Positions 1 through 6,515 of a stretch of DNA of 64,000 nt are shown here, piece after piece. This DNA comes from Erythrobacteraceae bacterium (GTDB taxonomy: Bacteria > Pseudomonadota > Alphaproteobacteria > Sphingomonadales > Sphingomonadaceae). Position numbers and translations under genes: made by a program. The DNA lies in contig JANNOJ010000015.1 of the NCBI GenBank assembly GCA_031399025.1, forward strand, positions 36,306 through 100,305, written 5' to 3'. The notes beneath the pieces are model-generated. The model did no database searches, was not told the origin of the DNA, and was given only the letters and a program-made list of their open reading frames with translations. Position 1 is the first letter of the stretch; the number at the start of each line of letters is the position of its first letter.

Positions 1-347
1 CGCTTGGCGGCGAGGTCCCAGAGGGCGGTGTCGATCGCGTCGGCAAGGCCGAACGGAAGCGCTGCGCGATGTCCGCCGCGCCGGTCGGGCACGCGGTGGA
101 GCGCAGCCTCGGGCGCGGAGCCGGCGAGCAAGGGCCAGGCGACGCGCTCGAACAGGTCGATCAACCAGGCGCGAGGAGGCAGCGGAACGAAGAGACTGTC
201 GAAAAATCCCAGGCCAACGTTGCCCTCGGCATCCTCAAGCTCGAGCGCGCCGACGTTATTGGTGTCTGCCCAAACATGCGCATCGCCGATGACGCGATCG
301 CGGGCGAAGCGGAACCTGTGGATGCGGAAGCGGGCGAGTGGGCGCAC
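1..347 (-). CDS. enolase-superfamily enzyme (mandelate racemase/muconate lactonizing family), N-terminal part; continues beyond the left edge
   Basis: Hand translation of a minus frame absent from the ORF track (no stop inside the window): ...RIHRFRFARDRVIGDAHVWADTNNVGALELEDAEGNVGLGFF...ALPFGLADAIDTALWDLAAK. The AIDxALWDLxAK motif and N-terminal capping-domain layout are typical of this superfamily. Probable GTG start at 347-345, directly after the stop of the upstream ORF. Confidence 0.6.
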   Translation of the reverse strand, partial: MRPLARFRIHRFRFARDRVIGDAHVWADTNNVGALELEDAEGNVGLGFFDSLFVPLPPRAWLIDLFERVAWPLLAGSAPEAALHRVPDRRGGHRAALPFGLADAIDTALWDLAAK

Positions 348-349
348 GT

Positions 350-628
350 TCAGGCGGCAACGATCGATTGCCGCTGCTCGCCGAGCCTGGCAATACCGAG
401 CGGCGCTGCTGGTCCGGGACGCCCGGGCGGGGTGCCGGTCGAGATGATGTCCCCGAGCTGGAGCGAGAAAAAGCGGCGGCAAGAGCTGACCGGGAAGCCC
501 GGCTTGGACACCATCGTCGCCGTTGAGCCGTCCTGGCAGCGTCCCCCGTCGCATACCGCCCGATCAGCGGCATCGCGCAGTCCTGGACGCTCGGAGCTGC
601 GCGAGCCCCGCCGGACCAAGCGGATCAT
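350..628 (-). pseudogene. fumarylacetoacetate hydrolase (FAH) family C-terminal fragment (92 codons)
   Basis: MIRLV...CQDGSTATMVSKPGFPVSSCRRFFSLQLGDIISTGTPPG...LGIARLGEQRQSIVAA carries the FAH C-terminal signature (QDGST..M, GDxIxTGTPxG, GxLGxQ). Only about one third of a normal FAH fits between the SDR stop (625) and the next gene (347). The ATG at 628-626 overlaps the SDR TGA. Confidence 0.45.
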
Positions 629-1377
629 ATCAGCATGCCGCCATCGACGGCGAAGAATTGGCCGGTGACAAAGCGGCTCTCGTCCGAGGCAAGGTATAGG
701 CAAAGCAACGCAACCTCTTCCGGCGTTCCCAGGCGGCCCATGGGCTGGCGTTCGACAAACCGGGCCATCGCCTCGGCGGTCCCGTTCCCCGCCCGGCCTG
801 CAGCTTCGACCCGCTGCAGCAGCGAGGGCGACTCGACCGTGCCCGGGCAGACCGCGTTGACGCGGATGCCTGACGCGACCCAGTCGGCAGCGATCGACTT
901 GACGAGCCCAAGCAGCGCCGCCTTGCTCGCGCCATAAGCGGCGCGGTTTGGCAGACCCTTGAGCGAGGAGGCGACCGAGGCGATGCACTGGATGCTGCCT
1001 GAATTCGCCTGGATCATGGCGGGGAGCACGGTCCGGGCGAGATGATAGAAACTCTCGACGTTGACCGTGAACGAGCGGCGCCAGTCCTCGAGTTCACAAT
1101 CCAGGACGGTGCCGTGGTGGACCCAACCGACGCAATGCACAGCGGCATCGATCGGCGGCAGGCCGGCGGCAAAGGCGGTGACCGCGCCAGCGTCGGTCGC
1201 GTCGAGCACCGACTTTTGGACGCCCTTCAGGGTCGATAATCCGGCGCTGTCCACGTCGGTCGCGAACACGCGCGCGCCTTCCGCGGCGAACAGAGCCGCG
1301 CAGGCGCGGCCGATTCCAGCGGCGGCAGCGGTTACCCAAATCGTCTTGCCGGCCAATCTTGCCAAACCAACCCCCAT
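625..1377 (-). CDS. SDR-family short-chain dehydrogenase/reductase
   Basis: 250 aa. Rossmann motif VTAAAAGIGRA, catalytic YGASKAAL (YxxxK) and NAVCPG motif. Clean single frame. Confidence 0.9.
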   Translation of the reverse strand: MGVGLARLAGKTIWVTAAAAGIGRACAALFAAEGARVFATDVDSAGLSTLKGVQKSVLDATDAGAVTAFAAGLPPIDAAVHCVGWVHHGTVLDCELEDWRRSFTVNVESFYHLARTVLPAMIQANSGSIQCIASVASSLKGLPNRAAYGASKAALLGLVKSIAADWVASGIRVNAVCPGTVESPSLLQRVEAAGRAGNGTAEAMARFVERQPMGRLGTPEEVALLCLYLASDESRFVTGQFFAVDGGMLI

Positions 1378-1459
1378 CGAAGCATGCCCGAATTACGGAC
1401 ATCATGATCGCATGTCGAGACAGTTGTGCGTGATGCGCTGATATGCGACGGCGTTGCCG

Positions 1460-2233
1460 ATGGCTCATATCGTCAGGGCGAAGCAGAGTGAAACCTCGCT
1501 TGGTAAGGCACTTCGCCTGTTGTCGGCGATCGGCGAGAGCACCGACCCGCTTGGAGTGAGCGTCTCCGAGCTGTTGCGGGTGACGGGGCTGTCGCGCCCG
1601 ACCATTTACCGCTTCCTGGGCGAGTTGCAGGCCAGCGGCATGGTCAGCGGGGATCCGCGCCAGCCCCTGTGGCGGCTTGGACCTAAGGTGGTCGCACTAG
1701 CCGCAGTCGCCGGGAACTGGGCAGGTCTTCGCCGCCGGGCGCGTGCGGCGATGGAAGAGTTCGTCGCGGAGGTCGGTCACACCGTTCATCTCGGCATCCG
1801 CGACGGATTTGAGATCGTCTACATCGACAAAGCCGAAAGCGCGCGGCACTTGGCGATCTCGTCCGCGGTCGGGCAACGGCGCCCGATCAACGTCACGGCG
1901 CTGGGTAAGTGCCTGACCGCGTTCGACCCCAATCCCCAGATGGCGCGCATGGTGGCGGACGCGGGATTGACGAGGCGGACGCCGGCATCGATCGTCGATC
2001 CCGAGGCGTGGCTCGCGGAGATCGCGCGCGTTCGCGCCGAGGGCATCGCCCACGACAACGAAGAGTGCGATCCCGGCGCCCGCTGTGTCGCCGCGCCGAT
2101 CCGCGACGCTCACGGCTTCGCCGTGGCCGCGATCAGCATCTCGGCGTTGGTAACCCGGGCGGAGCTCGATTTCATGCAGTTGGCCAGCCAGCTGCGGGCA
2201 GTCGCCGAAACTATCGGCATGGCACAGGATTGA
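1460..2233 (+). CDS. IclR-family transcriptional regulator
   Basis: N-terminal winged HTH (VSVSELLRVTGLSRPTIYRFLGEL) plus an IclR-type effector domain. Divergent from the SDR operon. ATG 1460 preferred over TTG 1454. Confidence 0.88.
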   Translation: MAHIVRAKQSETSLGKALRLLSAIGESTDPLGVSVSELLRVTGLSRPTIYRFLGELQASGMVSGDPRQPLWRLGPKVVALAAVAGNWAGLRRRARAAMEEFVAEVGHTVHLGIRDGFEIVYIDKAESARHLAISSAVGQRRPINVTALGKCLTAFDPNPQMARMVADAGLTRRTPASIVDPEAWLAEIARVRAEGIAHDNEECDPGARCVAAPIRDAHGFAVAAISISALVTRAELDFMQLASQLRAVAETIGMAQD

Positions 2234-2313
2234 CCGCCCCTTGAGACGGGTGTCTATCAGGCGATAATGCGGGTTTGCCCGGATTGTGCTGCGGACATTA
2301 CGATGGGCGGTCA

Positions 2314-3471
2314 ATGATTGCAGACGGGCGCCTGATCTGGTCGGTCGGGCTCGGTACGACCCTCGGGATGGCGGCGCAAAGCGCTTCGTCGTTCCTCTTC
2401 TACGCGCTGAAGACGGCGGCAGGGCTGACGGTCGAGCAGGCGACGCAGGCACTGACCGCCGAAGGCGTGGCGATGGGGCTCGTCATGCTCATCGTTTCGC
2501 CATCGATTCATCGGCTGCCGTTGCGGCCACTGCTGGCGCTGGCGATCCTGGCTGCGCTTGGCGCGCAGGTCGCTTCGGCACAGGTCGACGGCTACGGCCC
2601 GATCCTCGCGGTGCGCGCGCTATCGGGCATCGGCTTCGGGCTCATCTACGCCGTCGCGTCCGCGTCGGGTGCGGCCTCGCCCACGCCCGAGCGGGTCTAT
2701 GCGGCAGCGGGCACGATCCAGCTGGTGTGCGGCGCGGCGCTCAACCCGTTGATGGGCTGGGGGCAGTCGCTCGGCCGGGCGGGTGCGTTCGGCGCGGTCG
2801 CGCTGTTCGGCGCGGTGCTGGCGGCGGGGCTGCTGTTCGCGCCGCCGCCTGCGCGCCTGGCCTCGATCGTGCGAGCCGCCGGAACCCGGCCCCAGCTCGC
2901 GGCGGTGGTCGCCGTGCTCCTTGCAATGGTGCTGTTCGCGGGCGGGGCGAACGGGGTCTATATCTACTATGTGCCGGTGGCCGACGGGGTCGGGCTGAGC
3001 GGCGAGGCGCTGGGCTACGGCCTGTCGGGCGTGTCGCTGGTGGGGGCGCTCGGCGGGGTTGCCGCCAATCGGCTGGGGCTGAGCCGCGGCCGGATCGCCC
3101 CACTGGGCGGAGGCTTGCTGATGATGGGCGCGGTATCGTGGTGGGTGCTGATCGTGCGCTCGCCCGCCGAGTTCTGGGTCGCGTTCACGCTGTGGATCAT
3201 GATCTACATCTTCGTCAACGCCTACCTGTTCGGGCTCGCCGTCGCGGCCGACCCATCGGGGCGCCTGGCAGCGGCAACCGGCGCGGCGCTGATTCTTGCC
3301 AATGCGGGCGGGACGTGGGGCGTGGGTTGGGTCGCCGCGCGTACGGGCGAGGCCAGCTGGGGTGCGGTGGCACTGGCGCTCTGCGCCGCAGCGGCCGTTC
3401 TGACCGTGTTGGCGGACGGGCTGATCAGGTGGCGAGCGGGCGCTCCGGCCCAGGCTGATCGTCGAGGTTGA
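2314..3471 (+). CDS. putative MFS-type transporter
   Basis: About 385 aa, about 12 hydrophobic segments, Gly/Ala-rich helices (RALSGIGFGLIYAVASA). No family signature beyond topology. Start uncertain (TTG 2275 or ATG 2314). Confidence 0.55.
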   Translation: MIADGRLIWSVGLGTTLGMAAQSASSFLFYALKTAAGLTVEQATQALTAEGVAMGLVMLIVSPSIHRLPLRPLLALAILAALGAQVASAQVDGYGPILAVRALSGIGFGLIYAVASASGAASPTPERVYAAAGTIQLVCGAALNPLMGWGQSLGRAGAFGAVALFGAVLAAGLLFAPPPARLASIVRAAGTRPQLAAVVAVLLAMVLFAGGANGVYIYYVPVADGVGLSGEALGYGLSGVSLVGALGGVAANRLGLSRGRIAPLGGGLLMMGAVSWWVLIVRSPAEFWVAFTLWIMIYIFVNAYLFGLAVAADPSGRLAAATGAALILANAGGTWGVGWVAARTGEASWGAVALALCAAAAVLTVLADGLIRWRAGAPAQADRRG

Positions 3472-3793
3472 AGATGCAGGTCATCGCCGCCCACTCGGCC
3501 GGGCCTTGGCCGCCGCCGGGAGGGCGCTGGTAGCTTTGCATCAGCCGTTCCCACTGTTCGACCCGGGAACCGGCGAGCGCGCCGGTGCCGGCCGGGGCGT
3601 CCTCGCGATCGGCTACCATGATCAGGCGCGCGCCCCAGCGCCAGATCGACAGGTGACAATAACCCGATGCACGTAGGTCAGCCACCACCTCAGGCCATAC
3701 CGCGCCGGGCTCGTGCCACCGCTCATACTCGGCAATTCGCTCGGGGTCGTCGTCCAGATCGATCGTAAAACAAAGACGCGACGGGCTTGCCAT
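3425..3793 (-). CDS. L-rhamnose mutarotase (RhaM/DUF718) family sugar mutarotase
   Basis: 122 aa starting MASPSRLCFTIDLDDDPERIAEYERWHEPGAVWPEVVADL. Size and motifs fit the small ferredoxin-like mutarotase family. Its ATG overlaps the TGA of the upstream GH59 gene. Confidence 0.75.
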   Translation of the reverse strand: MASPSRLCFTIDLDDDPERIAEYERWHEPGAVWPEVVADLRASGYCHLSIWRWGARLIMVADREDAPAGTGALAGSRVEQWERLMQSYQRPPGGGQGPAEWAAMTCIFNLDDQPGPERPLAT

Positions 3794-6393
3794 CAGTCGA
3801 GCGGATTGGGCGTGGCGTACTGTCCGGCACCGGGGCTTTCGCCGGCCGCGTTCACCGCGACCACCTCGAAGTGATAGGTGGTGCCGTTGGTGAGCGTACG
3901 AAAGTTGTGCTGCGTGCCCGGGCCGACCTCGACCGTCGTGTCCCACTCTCCGGGCGCGAGGCCGATGCGTGCGCGATAGCCGGTCGCGCCAGGGACCTCG
4001 CTCCAGCGGAGCAGCACCGCCTTGTCGGACGCGGCCGGCACGAACAGCCTGGGCGCGGGCGGGGGCTTGGTGGCCGCATCCACCGGCGGGGCCGATACGA
4101 TCGGTACCTGCGGAGCGATTGCGGTGACGGCGAAATTGTCGAAGCCGCCGAGGTTCCACCCGGTGCCAACGCCCGCCATGCCCGCAGGCCAGCGCGGGTC
4201 GTCTATGGCTGCGACCTGCCGGCCATCGACGGTGGCGGTGATCCGGTCGCCGTGCATCGCGAGCTCGAGCCGTCGCCAGCGGCCGCGTCCCGGCCCGACG
4301 GTCCCCTGCGCGAGCACGCCGTCCTTGACCGCGTGGAGCAATTCCCATCGGCCATCATCGTGAACCCGAAGCTGATAGCCGTTGACCGCCCCTTCGGACG
4401 AAACCTTGATGACCCGGCCGAGCACGCTCGCCCAGCCGGCATCGTCGAGCCGCGCGTCGGCGGCAACGCGATAGTCGCGCCATTTCGAGCTGCCGGTGAT
4501 GGTCGGCGCCCCCATCTCGACCATCGTGCGCCAATAAGTCCAGCCGATGGGGATGGTTGCGGTCTGTTGATTGAGGCAGCGGCCGGGGCGGCCGCCCGCG
4601 CATGGTCCAACCTCGAACGCACCGTTGAGGTCGGCGAACCAGCGCCGTGCCTGGCCCGGCTCACCATCGTCGAAGCCGTCGGCGAACGGCGCGGGGAAAG
4701 CCTGGTCCGGGGGCGATGCCGGCGTGGCTTTGCCGCCGCCGGCAAGCGTCGTCAGCGTGTAGACGGCGTTGGCGTCCGCGGTGAACTCGAGGCGCCCGGC
4801 GCCGGGCTGGAGGATCGCCACCCGCTCGAACCAGCTGGTCGGCGTCGAGCGCCAGACGTGCACGGGCCGCTCGCCGAACTCGGGTACGACGGTCAACGCG
4901 AAGGGCTGGGGAGCGGTCGCCGACAACGTCTCGACCACCATCGTCCACTCGCGGCCGTCGGTGAGCACAACATGGCTGCCGCCGCCCGGCATCAGTCGGC
5001 TTGCGGCGTCGAGGTAGCGCCAGCCGGGCCGGGTGAACTGGGTGGTGTGCGCGACTACCCACAGCGGCGACTTCACCTCGAAATGGCCCGACCACGGGCG
5101 ATCCGCGCGCATCAGCCCGGCATAAGGCAGTTCGAGTGTATCATAATAGGACGAGATCAAATTCCAGATGTTGGTCGAGGTCATCCGCCCTTGCACGTAG
5201 TTGCGGTTCAACAGCTCGGCCAGCGGCGGGGACTGCTCGCCGCTCACTCCCCAGGCATCCCCCCATGGCCCGTCCTCGGTGGCCCACAGCGGTTTGCCCC
5301 ATCTGGCGGCGAATTCGCGCGCGCGCTCCGCGCTGCCGAGCCGCGCACCAACGCCGAAACGGGGGTAGTGGGTGGCGATGATCGCCGTGGCCGCGAGCAT
5401 CTCTGGGTCGTTTGCCAAGGCATCGACGATCGTCCAATCGTTCACCAGGTCGTCGGCCGCGATCCGCGTGCGCTGAAGCCCCGCTTGGTCGAGCGCGGCC
5501 CGCAGGGTCTTGATGAAGTTGCGATCGATCTGCGTTTCGTTCCACAGGCCGAGATTGTCGATGTGCAGACCGTGCTCGCGCTTGGCCCCCAGCACCCAGC
5601 GCACGAGATAGTCGGCGGCGGCGGGCGAGGCCGGATTGCCGACCCAAGCAGGAAAGTTCCAGGCCAGCGCGCTCAGCACGATATCGGGATTGCGCTTGAC
5701 CGCCTCCTTCATCAGCCACCACTGGTAACCCCGGTGATAGTTCTCGTCGGCCGCCGCGCCCAGGTCATTGCGCGCGGCCCCGATGGACCCGGCGTCACGG
5801 TCGCTCGCCGCTGCGTGCGGCTGGAGCGAGGCGCCGGCGGGTGGCCCTCGCATATGCGTCGGCTCGGCCCCCTCGGTCGAGTTGCCGTCGGCACCGATCT
5901 CGACCTTCATCGCCTGGAGCGCCGCGCCCCGCTCGGGCGCGAACAGCAGATCGAGGATCTGGCTGCGCTGCGGTTCCGGATAGTCGATCAGCAGGCGCGA
6001 GGTGGCGCCGCCCCCGCTGGTCGCCCCGATCCCGTCGAAGCGCGCCCCGGGGCCGGCCGGATCGACGCGGATCGCGATCGGTGCACCCGGAACGGTGCGC
6101 ATGGTGGCCGGATCGGCCCCCTGGGTGGCATTACCGTCGCCGCGGATCTCGCCCTCGAGCTGCGGGAGAGCCGCGCCATGCCCCGGCCGGAGCAGCAGAT
6201 CGGCCGGCTGGCTGCGCCGCGGATCCGGATAATCAATCCGCAACCGCGCGGTAGCGCTCGGGCTGCGGTCGCCTACGCCGTCGATTTGCCGATCAGGGCC
6301 GAGGCCGCTGGCGATGGCGGGCGGTCTGGGCGCCGCCGCGGCGAGACACGCCGGGAGCACAGAGGCCAGACAGATACAAAGCGCACGGCGCAT
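3793..6393 (-). CDS. glycoside hydrolase family 59 (galactosylceramidase-like beta-galactosidase) with C-terminal lectin-like and fibronectin type III domains
   Basis: Strong colinear resemblance to GALC: DGIGATSGGGATSRLLIDYPEPQRSQILDLLF..MKVEIGADGNSTEGAEPTHM, DENYHRGYQWWLMKEAVKRNPDI, LWATEDGPW, MRADRPWSGHFEVKSPLWVVAHTTQFTRPGW. C-terminal FN3-like sequence (LLRWSEVPGATGYRARIG...TYHFEVVAVNAAGES). Sec signal from MRRALCICLASVLPACLAAAAP (start 6393 preferred over 6462). Confidence 0.82.
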   Translation of the reverse strand: MRRALCICLASVLPACLAAAAPRPPAIASGLGPDRQIDGVGDRSPSATARLRIDYPDPRRSQPADLLLRPGHGAALPQLEGEIRGDGNATQGADPATMRTVPGAPIAIRVDPAGPGARFDGIGATSGGGATSRLLIDYPEPQRSQILDLLFAPERGAALQAMKVEIGADGNSTEGAEPTHMRGPPAGASLQPHAAASDRDAGSIGAARNDLGAAADENYHRGYQWWLMKEAVKRNPDIVLSALAWNFPAWVGNPASPAAADYLVRWVLGAKREHGLHIDNLGLWNETQIDRNFIKTLRAALDQAGLQRTRIAADDLVNDWTIVDALANDPEMLAATAIIATHYPRFGVGARLGSAERAREFAARWGKPLWATEDGPWGDAWGVSGEQSPPLAELLNRNYVQGRMTSTNIWNLISSYYDTLELPYAGLMRADRPWSGHFEVKSPLWVVAHTTQFTRPGWRYLDAASRLMPGGGSHVVLTDGREWTMVVETLSATAPQPFALTVVPEFGERPVHVWRSTPTSWFERVAILQPGAGRLEFTADANAVYTLTTLAGGGKATPASPPDQAFPAPFADGFDDGEPGQARRWFADLNGAFEVGPCAGGRPGRCLNQQTATIPIGWTYWRTMVEMGAPTITGSSKWRDYRVAADARLDDAGWASVLGRVIKVSSEGAVNGYQLRVHDDGRWELLHAVKDGVLAQGTVGPGRGRWRRLELAMHGDRITATVDGRQVAAIDDPRWPAGMAGVGTGWNLGGFDNFAVTAIAPQVPIVSAPPVDAATKPPPAPRLFVPAASDKAVLLRWSEVPGATGYRARIGLAPGEWDTTVEVGPGTQHNFRTLTNGTTYHFEVVAVNAAGESPGAGQYATPNPLD

Positions 6394-6515
6394 CGCGGTC
6401 CTCGTTGCCCGGCAAAATGAGGAGTGTACACACGCAAGTTTCTGAGACAAGTGTTTCGACATTTAAGTCGGAATGGTGGCGTGGCCGTGGCGGAAGTTGG
6501 TGCGGGGAGATACGA

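Noticed and set aside
3787-6420. 877-aa plus-strand ORF opposite the GH59 gene. Similar shadows: 6273-8375 (-), 17385-19808 (-), 28878-30890 (-), 38818-40404 (-), 56411-58591 (-), 60867-62714 (-)
   Set aside because: Each lies antisense to a gene with strong family motifs (GH59, GH35, uvrB, gpsA/flippase, amine oxidase, RND permease, katG). Each translates to Arg/Gly/Pro-rich sequence without recognisable domains.
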